A stretch of 64,000 nucleotides of DNA from an uncultured virus (IMG/VR IMGVR_UViG_3300046336_000146) (taxonomy: Duplodnaviria > Heunggongvirae > Uroviricota > Caudoviricetes). Each line of letters begins with the position of its first letter. Position 1 is the stretch's first letter. The notes under the pieces were generated by a model, which was not told the origin of the DNA, ran no database searches, and saw nothing but the letters and a program-made list of their open reading frames with translations. Shown here piece by piece: positions 28,815 to 37,566 of the stretch. The translations under genes were made by a program, and so were the position numbers. The stretch is from IMG/VR virus record IMGVR_UViG_3300046336_000146; one strand, written 5' to 3'.

Positions 28815-29188
28815 TATTTAATTTCTTTTGCTGTCTTGTAATTTATTTTTACAGATGTTGTTAGATTATCCTTTCCTCTTTGTAAGTCAAAAGAGTCTGG
28901 CAACAATCGGTTTTCTATTGTATCAATTACTTTACTATTACTTTTTAATATTTCATCTTTAATTGTCTCAAAAAATGTTTTAAAGTCTTCGTTCTTTGTA
29001 ACAACCTCTATCTCTGGAAATTCAAAATTTTTTAAGAATTTAGTTAAAGTATCTAACTTTTTACTTAAAACACCTTCCATATCAGAGTTTTTTTCTGATA
29101 TAGCTTTAACCACTTCTCTTAATTCTTGTAATATTTGGTTATGTCTGCTTTCTAACAATAACTCCTCAAACTCTCTCTCTTCTTCCAT
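28814..29188 (-). CDS. hypothetical coiled-coil protein
   Basis: 124-aa ORF. Confidence 0.7.
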   Translation of the reverse strand: MEEEREFEELLLESRHNQILQELREVVKAISEKNSDMEGVLSKKLDTLTKFLKNFEFPEIEVVTKNEDFKTFFETIKDEILKSNSKVIDTIENRLLPDSFDLQRGKDNLTTSVKINYKTAKEIK

Positions 29189-29193
29189 CTGTG

Positions 29194-29619
29194 TTATTTA
29201 CAATTAATTAACTCCATTAATTTTTTATATTTATCTTTTATAGCTGCCTGTTTATTCTTACTCTCAACAGGATTTTTAGTGTTGACTAAAGTTTTTGGTG
29301 CTATAAAATCTATCTTGATTTGAGGTAGTTGTATTTTATCTAGTGACTGTAATAACTTCTCTTGAAGTTTGTTTTGAAAGTTATTCTCAGATTGTACATC
29401 TTCTTGATAAGTTTCAACAACTGTTAGTTTTTTATCTTCCTGTACTTTCTGTTTAGGTGCAAATTCTTTCGAATATATGTTTTTATATACATTTAAAGCG
29501 TCTTCTATTGATAGAACAGGTACATTAAAAATCTGTTTGAATAGTTGAGAGGGATTACCTACTGCATCTAACACTTTATTGATTTTTCCGTTTTTTGCTT
29601 TCTCTATTTTACAACTCAT
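29194..29619 (-). CDS. small cargo-associated protein with Cys at both termini
   Basis: MSCK...ELINCK; N-terminal G.PS.LF motif shared with the 699-aa protein. Confidence 0.7.
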   Translation of the reverse strand: MSCKIEKAKNGKINKVLDAVGNPSQLFKQIFNVPVLSIEDALNVYKNIYSKEFAPKQKVQEDKKLTVVETYQEDVQSENNFQNKLQEKLLQSLDKIQLPQIKIDFIAPKTLVNTKNPVESKNKQAAIKDKYKKLMELINCK

Positions 29620-29638
29620 TGTTTTATTTTTTAAATAT

Positions 29639-29674
29639 AAAAATCCAACCTCCTTATTTATTGAAGATTGGATT
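29639..29674 (-). terminator. terminator-like hairpin overlapped by a promoter
   Basis: 12-bp stem AATCCAATCTTC/GGAGGTTGGATT (with GU pairs) followed by T's. Confidence 0.55.
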
Positions 29675-29675
29675 A

Positions 29676-29707
29676 CAAAAATAGGTTTTTAATATGATAT
29701 AAACAAA
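29676..29707 (-). promoter_or_regulatory. Bacteroidetes sigma-type promoter
   Basis: TTTG (29707-29704), 20-nt spacer, TATTTTTG (29683-29676). Confidence 0.7.
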
Positions 29708-29728
29708 TAGTTTATGATAAATGTTAAG

Positions 29729-31828
29729 TTACGCACATTGAAAATTATCTGCTAAGTCTTCTGTTTTTGCTAAAGTTTTTATTTTTACTTCGGACTTTTC
29801 TTCTTGCTTTAAATCAAAATCTTTTGTTTGAGGGGCCGAAGGGTTCATTTCGTAAAAGTTTGGGTCATTGTTTTTCTCTATTTTTGTATAATATCCTTGC
29901 TCTTGTTGCTCGTACAATTCTTCTGCCACTTTCAAGAATTTAGCAGTCTCTTGTGGCGCATAAAAACTTTCTTCATCTATGATATCAACTGCTGTTTTTG
30001 GGGCCTGTACTGTTTCTATATTATTTACAGCCTCTATTCTCTTATCTTGGACCGTTTTTTGATAAAATTCTTTTTGCGGTTTAAGGTTTGGCATATCTTT
30101 ACTTAACAATGAATAGTCTGCTATCTCTTTTGAAAATTTTTTATTATCTTGAATATAAGCTTTTACTATCTCTAAAGTTATTAAGTCATCTGATACTAAC
30201 TCTATACCGCTATCTGTTATTTTAAATTGTCTGTTGAATTCAGTAGGGGTTTTAAGTTTTTCTGCCGCGAAATCTGCTATAAAATCTCCCTTTAAATACT
30301 CTACATCTGTTTCTATGTTAGTTTGTATTACTCTTGTGGAAGGATTTGACGTATAGCCAAAATAATCTTTATACAATTGATACTCAGGGATAGCTAAATT
30401 TTTATTTTTTTGAATCTGTCTTAACTCTTCTTCAGATACTTTGTTTATCTGATGAAAAATGTTAGGCTCCCCCGTCTTTACTAAAGATAGCTCATCAAAC
30501 AACTCTTGCTCTGACATTGTTGTTTTAAGATAAACATAGGATCTATTAGAAGGTAGTTCCGTAGGAAATGTTTGAGGCTCTCTAACAAATCCAAGAGCAT
30601 CTTCAAGAGCTTCTCTGGTCCTTGTAGAAGGGTATTCTAAATAATCTAATAGTGTTGAGAAATCTCCCCTTTCTAAACCTTCTAGGTCCATTCCAAAGTT
30701 TTTAAAAGACTTTATCAGACGATTTTCTATTTGAATAGTGTCTACCATAGGATGAGCATTAACTACTGCTCCCACCGCTCTTAAAATTTCATTTGTTGGA
30801 GGTTTAATAGCTTTTTCAAAAAACATTTTAGTCTTTTGCGGAACACCTTTCTCATCTAAGACAGGAATCTTATTCATACCCTCTTCTTTGGCCAACTTTT
30901 CTAGTCTCAAAGGATTTTCTCTTTTGTATTGGCCAAGTATGTTTAATTTAGGACTTCTAAAATCAAAGTCAGGGTTAAATTTTATTTGTGGAATTTCAAA
31001 CTCTTCTGTATTTTTTAGTTTGTCTACCGTTTCTCTCGCTCTTGCTAAAACTTCTACATCTGTCAATAAAGTATTGATTTCATCTCTAGAGTATATTTTT
31101 TCTAACTTTTTTACGTCGGGATTGAAAATACCATCTTTATAAAACATTCCATAAAGTAGTTTATATAGCTGTGTAGAATTCTCTATTCCAGTTATTTGTA
31201 AATTAATTAGATGTGTTTTTTCTACAGTAGAAAGTGGTGAAAGCTCACTATATCTGTTCTCTACATAATCTAATAATATTTTTGGTAATACTTCCCCATT
31301 TTCATCAAACGTTTCCGGAAAAGGTCTTACTGTTCTTTTATCTTGTGTTAGTCCTATATTGTACAAACTATTCCATATCCTATCAGCATCTTCTGTTCTT
31401 TTTGTGTCTGTGTAAAGCGTGTTATTTTCAGAGATGAGTTTTTTGGCGGTGTAATAATACAAATACTTTCCATAACCCTTCCCTCTTTCTTCTTCATTTA
31501 CTAGAGAAGATTTTATCTTAAAGCCGTCTTTGTAAGGAGTTACTTGGATGCGTCCTACCTTTTTTCTCCCTTCATAAATATGGAAAGTTCTTATTTTGCC
31601 AACAAAAGTCTCCTTGAATTTTATAGCTTCAGGGAAAGAAGGTATTCTTTTTATATAACTTTGCATCATAGGAGAAACCACGTCTCTAATGAAAGTTGGT
31701 GTTTGAGAAAGTATAAATAAATTATTTGCTTCCTCTTGTCCCACTTTTTCTCTTAACTCTTTAAATAGTAAAGACTCTGCTCCGTTTGGAGCAAAGTGCT
31801 TACCGTCTTTTATTGTACACTTAGACAT
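29729..31828 (-). CDS. cargo protein with GNAT acetyltransferase domain, 699 aa
   Basis: SSLVNEEERGKGYGKYLY (acetyl-CoA motif A) and TEDADRIW; N-terminal APNGAESLLF; Cys only at residue 4 and the penultimate residue. Confidence 0.75.
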   Translation of the reverse strand: MSKCTIKDGKHFAPNGAESLLFKELREKVGQEEANNLFILSQTPTFIRDVVSPMMQSYIKRIPSFPEAIKFKETFVGKIRTFHIYEGRKKVGRIQVTPYKDGFKIKSSLVNEEERGKGYGKYLYYYTAKKLISENNTLYTDTKRTEDADRIWNSLYNIGLTQDKRTVRPFPETFDENGEVLPKILLDYVENRYSELSPLSTVEKTHLINLQITGIENSTQLYKLLYGMFYKDGIFNPDVKKLEKIYSRDEINTLLTDVEVLARARETVDKLKNTEEFEIPQIKFNPDFDFRSPKLNILGQYKRENPLRLEKLAKEEGMNKIPVLDEKGVPQKTKMFFEKAIKPPTNEILRAVGAVVNAHPMVDTIQIENRLIKSFKNFGMDLEGLERGDFSTLLDYLEYPSTRTREALEDALGFVREPQTFPTELPSNRSYVYLKTTMSEQELFDELSLVKTGEPNIFHQINKVSEEELRQIQKNKNLAIPEYQLYKDYFGYTSNPSTRVIQTNIETDVEYLKGDFIADFAAEKLKTPTEFNRQFKITDSGIELVSDDLITLEIVKAYIQDNKKFSKEIADYSLLSKDMPNLKPQKEFYQKTVQDKRIEAVNNIETVQAPKTAVDIIDEESFYAPQETAKFLKVAEELYEQQEQGYYTKIEKNNDPNFYEMNPSAPQTKDFDLKQEEKSEVKIKTLAKTEDLADNFQCA

Positions 31829-31847
31829 TAATTTTTAATTTTTTGTA

Positions 31848-34800
31848 TTAACATTCTGAATCATTTGCTGTATCGTCAAGTTCTTTATTTGCTTGATATT
31901 TAGCTTCCATTATAGGTTGTGCTCTAGACATTAAGCTATTGAAGATATCATTACCATATCTGTCTGTTGTTATGTAACCCCATAATCCATTTAGTTTGTA
32001 ATATGTAGATTGTTTTCCTCCAAAGTCTTCCTCTATATAAGATGGTAAATTCTCTGCCTTTATCTTAACTTGACCTATAGGTGTCATCTCTACTGTAGGT
32101 TTACTTGTTTGAGTCGATGAAGGTTTTGTTACAGCTGGTTTTGGAGACATATCCTCAATAGCTTTCTTTATATAACCTGCGTCTGATAATATGGTCTGTT
32201 TTTCTTCTTCGTCTTCTAGTTGAATAACATACTCTTCTATACTCAATCTACTTTTAAATATTTTTGTAGCTATAACATCTAAATCTTTCTCGGAAACTAA
32301 TTCCTCTTCTGTCTCAATATCTTCTCCAGCCTCTTCGAAATTTAAGGGGGTGAATTTTGACAATTCTTTTTTATCTTCATCTATTTCTTCAGAGTCCGAT
32401 ATTTTACTATCTTTTTTTTCTTTAGGTGCTGAAGTAGGTGTTGGTGCATCTTCCAAAACCTCAATTTCAATTACTTCTGACTCTCCTACCTTTCTCTCAA
32501 AGGTAGTAATACCCAATTTTTGAATAGTAATAATATCTGATTTAACAAAAGGAAGTGCTTTTAAATTGCTTTTTTGATTAATTAAAACATTGTACAATTT
32601 CTTATTATTTTTTGCCAAAGTCTTTAACTGTACGTCTGATATGTTAAATTCAAATGTATGTGTGTTCTTTTTAAAAGTTCTTGTAATACTTGTTTTAGGT
32701 GTAGATACAATCGTACTTGCCTGTTTTTCTGAGGGACTAGAAACATCCTCATTTTTTTGCTTGGAAGCAGTTTTATTTTTAGACTTTTTTTCATAACCTT
32801 TACTGACATCATCTTCGGCCTTTTTTTGTGTTAAAGGTTTAGGGTCAGGCTTGTTTAAGTACTCTAAATCTTTAAGATTGAAATTGAACTTTTGGCTCGG
32901 TAAAGATATAACTAAATTTTCTAAATCCAATGCAATCTTTACATCTTTTTTTAAATTTTCTAGTTTGTAATCTTTACTTGCTAGTTGTTCTGCTGTAATA
33001 AACTCTTGATTAGCCTCTAATCTTTGTTCAATTTCTTCTAAAACTGTTTCGTCTAAAGAAGTTAAATTGTATTCTTTTGGTGCGATGCCGTTCTCTAATA
33101 ACAAATTATTTACTTCCGTTACCTTTTGAGCATCTGTTGTGGCTGTATTGTTTAAAATATTGTATAACTCTTCTGTTCGTGGCGCACTTACTTTATTTAA
33201 CTGTATAGGAAAAGCAATTAACTGTTTACCTCTTTTTATAACTATAAACGGGATATTTTTTCCTTTGTTTTTATCTGATAGTTTTTTAAGAAAACTTTTT
33301 CTTACTTTCTTTTCATCCACTTTTTCGTTTAAAGTTAATTTTCCGTCGGTAATATAACCTGTAGTAACTACATTTTCTAAACCTTTATCTGTAATTTCTT
33401 GGTGCTTAATCTTGCCCTCTTGGTCCAAACTAAGTGTAGGATTTCCAAGTTGTACATATTTTACCTTAGTTGTGGCCACTGTTGTAGATATGTCGTTTTT
33501 AAGAGCTTCTCCTGCAACATCTCTCAAGTTAACTATTCCTATACTGTCTGCTGCTATTGCACCACCTTCTCTTATAGCATTAGTAAGTCCTTTAACTACT
33601 CCGTAATTTTCTCCATTCTTTCTAAGATATATTACTACTTGATTTGCTAATTCCTGAGCGGTTAATTTTTGACTTAATAATTTTTGATTGTACTCATTAT
33701 TTACGTCTACATATAATTCAATTAAATCTTCTGCGTCAAGGTTGTTACTGTCCCCTGTTATGTTACTATCTGTAAAATCAGAAGGTATTGGACTCCATTC
33801 TCCATTCTCATCTATTTCATATACGTTAGGAAAAGACCAAGAGGTCAAAGAAGTTATAGTTTTTATACCTGCAATACTGTCAAAATCTTTTTTGCTAATT
33901 CTTATTCTGCTTCTTTCTTCTATGGTGATTTCTTTTTCTACTCCTTCGCTAGTAAACTTAATTGTAGTACCTGGTTTTAAATTATTAACATCATCAATAG
34001 AAATAGCAGTCTTTTTTACTCTTATGTTTTCGGCCCCCATTCTGTACAACAGACTAGCAGGTCTCATATGAGTAATTTCATACTCTCCTCCTTTTAATCT
34101 TTTTATAGTAACAGGAAAATTTGTATTTATACTTAAGTCGGCCACAAAAGCTTTATCAAAAGGTTTGTCCTCCCCTTGAAAAACTTCTTCTATGTTTGGG
34201 GTATCTACAGTGTTTTGTTGTTCAACTTCAGTTCTTAATTGGGCCAAGTTATCTAACAAATCAGCTAAAGATTGGTTTCCTTCTGCTAGATTGTCATATA
34301 TTCTCCATTGAGATAATTTTTCTTTTAAGTCTTCATACTCGGATAAAAGGTCTCTATCTTTTTGAGAAATTAAGTCGGTATCAAAAGAAGTTTGAATTTC
34401 AAAATTACGAACTATAGGATTGTTCTTTAATTCATTATACCTGTCAACATCTTTTTGGTCTGGTCTATTTTTAACCGCTTCATCTACATCTTGAGTTCCG
34501 ACAAAAGAAGTTTTAAATAGACTTAGTATATCCTTTATTCTAGCCTCTAGAGCTTCAACTGTCGATACTGTAGGTTCTGCTTTTTCTTCTTCTTTTTTAA
34601 CAGGTGTGTCATCTTTAGGATTAAGAAGGTTTTCTATTTCTTTTAGTTCTTCGTCTATCTCCTCTTGACGTTGTATGTCCTCTGTCTCTGCAAACTCTTT
34701 CTCTAAAGCTTCTTTCTTTTCTTGTAAGAACTCTTCGTCTCTGAGTCCTTTTAGGTTGTATTCTGCAGTCTCTTTATCTTTTAACTGTTCCTCTGTAAGC

Positions 34801-37562
34801 TCTCCTTCTACTTCAGACAGCTCTTTTAATATTCTTTTACTTTTAACCCTGCTGTCTTCTTGAAGGTCTGCCGAAAAAGACATATCATGAGAGTTTCTGA
34901 TTCTATTTAAAGTCTTGAAAAATTCTGATGTGTGTTCGTCCATCTTAATTTCTCCTTTGGTGTATTTTTGGTAAGTTCCAGCAAAAGGGTTTCCTGTAGC
35001 TAATTTTGGTTTAAACTTACCAGAAGCTATTATTTTTATAGCTGTATTGTGGTCCAACAAGGCTTGTTGTGCTCTTTTATAAGTATTAATATGCTCTTCA
35101 GCCACTTGTGCTGATACAGGATTTATACTTTTAAGAGTTTTGTATGACTCTTCTAAATCGTTTATATTTTTTTCAACTGTCAATAAATCACTTACAGAGA
35201 TGAACTCATCTACTATAGGTGCTCCATCAATTCCTTTAAAAGATTCGGATAGTTTTTTATTGGTAGTTATTTTATTTGCTATTCCTTCTAATTCTTTTGT
35301 TACCTCTTGTTTTCTTTTTTCAAGTTCTATGACTTCTCTCTGTAAAGTTGGAAGTTGAGATTCTCTCCCCTCTTTTGTAGAAATTTGCTCTAACTGTATT
35401 TTCTTTTGTAGTGCTTCTGACCTTGATTCTAGTTTACTGTGCTCTTTTGATAAACTGTTAAATTGGTCCCTAGTTTCCTTATCTAAAGATTGCAATTCCT
35501 CATTTCTTCTTATGGCATCCGCTTTATCTTTTCCCATCAAAGCACTAAAATCGTTCAAGGCAGTATCCATTATTTTTTTAGAAGACTCCCCTTGTAATAT
35601 AGTGTAAGTTAAGGCTCTGTTTACATCATGAGCTTCAAACTTAGAACCGTAGATTTTTCCTTGGGTTCCTATAATAGAGTTTGCAAAAGTTTTTGCCGAC
35701 TTATAATTAGCAATAAATTCTTTATATCCTTTTTTAATTTCTTCTTTCTCTTCTTCACTTACTTCTGTGGTGTCAATCATGTTTAATCCATGCTTCTCCA
35801 TTTGAGAAAGTCCTCCTGCTCCGTATAAAGTATTATCATACATTTCAGCTAAAGCTATCATAGAGTCATTTTGAGCCAATTTTGCTCCAACAACGTCTCT
35901 TTTAGTCATTGCTACTTGTGCTCTATCTTCTGCTTCCATAACTTTGGCCATGGTCATCATTCTTCCTGCATTAATATCAGAAACAAATGTTTTCATGGTT
36001 ACGTTAGCGGCATTTAAACCTTTTGCAACAATTTTTTCTTGTTGCTCGGCCATTCTGCTAAACTCTGAAAACTCGCCTGTTGCTGTTCCTCCTACAATAC
36101 CAACAATACCTCCTATACCGATTTCTTTCCATCCTTCCTTGGTGCCATATTGTTCTTGCATAGCTTTCCAAGCATCATCAGAGAAAGTAGCAACCTTGTT
36201 CAAATATTTAGGGTCATACTGTCTTTCTATCCAGTTACTAGCTGTTTTTGTTGCTACTCCTTGTAGGCCTTCTTCAAAAAGGCCTTCTCTAACAAATGGT
36301 GAAGTAGCTTTATATAAAAATCCTGCTCCTTTTTGCCAAGCCTTTGTTTCAATACCTTTAAACACAAGTTCTCCTCCTAAACCTGCAGTCTTTTCTACTC
36401 CTATTCCGAATAGTTTTTGATTTACAGTTTTAGTTAGGTTTGAGATAGGGTTTTTTATATTAAACATTCCTCCTAGCATGGCTAAGTTAGAAACTCCTAG
36501 TATGGCCATATTTGCAGCAAAAACATTATTTGCGGCTCCTTCTATCTTGTCTATTATATCAGCAGACTCTTCTGCTGTAGGTGGTCTACCATTTAACTCC
36601 TCAAAATCGTTGTAAAAGTTTTCTAATGCCTCTTTCTTAAAATGAAAAGCTTCAATACTGGCTTCATTTCCTGAAGACGTTCCTATAAAACGGGCAGTGT
36701 TTATTACTTCTCCTGTTTTTGCTAAAGTATTTGCTAACCCTTTGCTCATTTTTCCTGCAGTTACTGCATTGTCTAAGGCTTCGTAAACAAATCCTTTATA
36801 GTTGGCCAAACCTTCAGCTACCTTTTCAGTTCCTAAAAAGGCTTTACCAAATCTTCCTGCACTTACTGCCTCTTCTCCAACTCTTACCGCCGTAGAAGCT
36901 CCTTTCAAAAGACGACCCATTTGACCTACTTTAGCTCCCCACATTCCCATTCTTGCAGGAATAGAAGCTCCTCCTGTAGCTGCAGCCCATATTGCTTCCG
37001 AAGTTATTGTACCTAATGTAAAAGAAAGACCATTAAGAATATCGTTTGCTATGAAGTTGGCAGGGTTTTCAATTAAACTTCCAAAAAAGCCTGCCTCTTT
37101 TTCCTGTTTGGTATAGTAATTTGGAAGTTCATAATTTAATTTTGTATTCCAATCATCTACTGTTTTTGTGAAAGAGTTGTCAAATACAGAGTTAAAATTA
37201 CCCGTTTTTGCCCACTCCCCTAGTCCATAGACAAATCCTGCAGTGTTTCCTAAAACAACCGCCCCTAAATTATTTCCTGCTTTTGTTGCACCATTTAGAA
37301 CTTGCTCCCACCCTGATTGACTTTGAGCTAATCTTTCATTATTGTCTGTACCTGGTACATAACTTTTATACATAGATACTTTTTGACCTGAATCTAAGGT
37401 CTTATATCGCATCTCAGGTCGGTCATTTGAAAACTTTTCAAAACTAGGTTTTGTAGAGGAAGTAGGTAAAGGAAGAGGATTAGTTAATGTTTGACTTCCT
37501 CCTTTAGTAGTTGATTCTAAACCTCTTCTTATGTTATCTATTAAATTTTTAGTATCTTCCAT
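31848..37562 (-). CDS. giant internal virion (cargo/ejection channel) protein, 1904 aa
   Basis: N-terminal Gly/Ala-rich hydrophobic helices (EG..EEG.Q, IGIGGIVGIVGG), long coiled coils; only Cys is the last residue. Confidence 0.75.
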   Translation of the reverse strand: MEDTKNLIDNIRRGLESTTKGGSQTLTNPLPLPTSSTKPSFEKFSNDRPEMRYKTLDSGQKVSMYKSYVPGTDNNERLAQSQSGWEQVLNGATKAGNNLGAVVLGNTAGFVYGLGEWAKTGNFNSVFDNSFTKTVDDWNTKLNYELPNYYTKQEKEAGFFGSLIENPANFIANDILNGLSFTLGTITSEAIWAAATGGASIPARMGMWGAKVGQMGRLLKGASTAVRVGEEAVSAGRFGKAFLGTEKVAEGLANYKGFVYEALDNAVTAGKMSKGLANTLAKTGEVINTARFIGTSSGNEASIEAFHFKKEALENFYNDFEELNGRPPTAEESADIIDKIEGAANNVFAANMAILGVSNLAMLGGMFNIKNPISNLTKTVNQKLFGIGVEKTAGLGGELVFKGIETKAWQKGAGFLYKATSPFVREGLFEEGLQGVATKTASNWIERQYDPKYLNKVATFSDDAWKAMQEQYGTKEGWKEIGIGGIVGIVGGTATGEFSEFSRMAEQQEKIVAKGLNAANVTMKTFVSDINAGRMMTMAKVMEAEDRAQVAMTKRDVVGAKLAQNDSMIALAEMYDNTLYGAGGLSQMEKHGLNMIDTTEVSEEEKEEIKKGYKEFIANYKSAKTFANSIIGTQGKIYGSKFEAHDVNRALTYTILQGESSKKIMDTALNDFSALMGKDKADAIRRNEELQSLDKETRDQFNSLSKEHSKLESRSEALQKKIQLEQISTKEGRESQLPTLQREVIELEKRKQEVTKELEGIANKITTNKKLSESFKGIDGAPIVDEFISVSDLLTVEKNINDLEESYKTLKSINPVSAQVAEEHINTYKRAQQALLDHNTAIKIIASGKFKPKLATGNPFAGTYQKYTKGEIKMDEHTSEFFKTLNRIRNSHDMSFSADLQEDSRVKSKRILKELSEVEGELTEEQLKDKETAEYNLKGLRDEEFLQEKKEALEKEFAETEDIQRQEEIDEELKEIENLLNPKDDTPVKKEEEKAEPTVSTVEALEARIKDILSLFKTSFVGTQDVDEAVKNRPDQKDVDRYNELKNNPIVRNFEIQTSFDTDLISQKDRDLLSEYEDLKEKLSQWRIYDNLAEGNQSLADLLDNLAQLRTEVEQQNTVDTPNIEEVFQGEDKPFDKAFVADLSINTNFPVTIKRLKGGEYEITHMRPASLLYRMGAENIRVKKTAISIDDVNNLKPGTTIKFTSEGVEKEITIEERSRIRISKKDFDSIAGIKTITSLTSWSFPNVYEIDENGEWSPIPSDFTDSNITGDSNNLDAEDLIELYVDVNNEYNQKLLSQKLTAQELANQVVIYLRKNGENYGVVKGLTNAIREGGAIAADSIGIVNLRDVAGEALKNDISTTVATTKVKYVQLGNPTLSLDQEGKIKHQEITDKGLENVVTTGYITDGKLTLNEKVDEKKVRKSFLKKLSDKNKGKNIPFIVIKRGKQLIAFPIQLNKVSAPRTEELYNILNNTATTDAQKVTEVNNLLLENGIAPKEYNLTSLDETVLEEIEQRLEANQEFITAEQLASKDYKLENLKKDVKIALDLENLVISLPSQKFNFNLKDLEYLNKPDPKPLTQKKAEDDVSKGYEKKSKNKTASKQKNEDVSSPSEKQASTIVSTPKTSITRTFKKNTHTFEFNISDVQLKTLAKNNKKLYNVLINQKSNLKALPFVKSDIITIQKLGITTFERKVGESEVIEIEVLEDAPTPTSAPKEKKDSKISDSEEIDEDKKELSKFTPLNFEEAGEDIETEEELVSEKDLDVIATKIFKSRLSIEEYVIQLEDEEEKQTILSDAGYIKKAIEDMSPKPAVTKPSSTQTSKPTVEMTPIGQVKIKAENLPSYIEEDFGGKQSTYYKLNGLWGYITTDRYGNDIFNSLMSRAQPIMEAKYQANKELDDTANDSEC

Positions 37563-37566
37563 TTAT

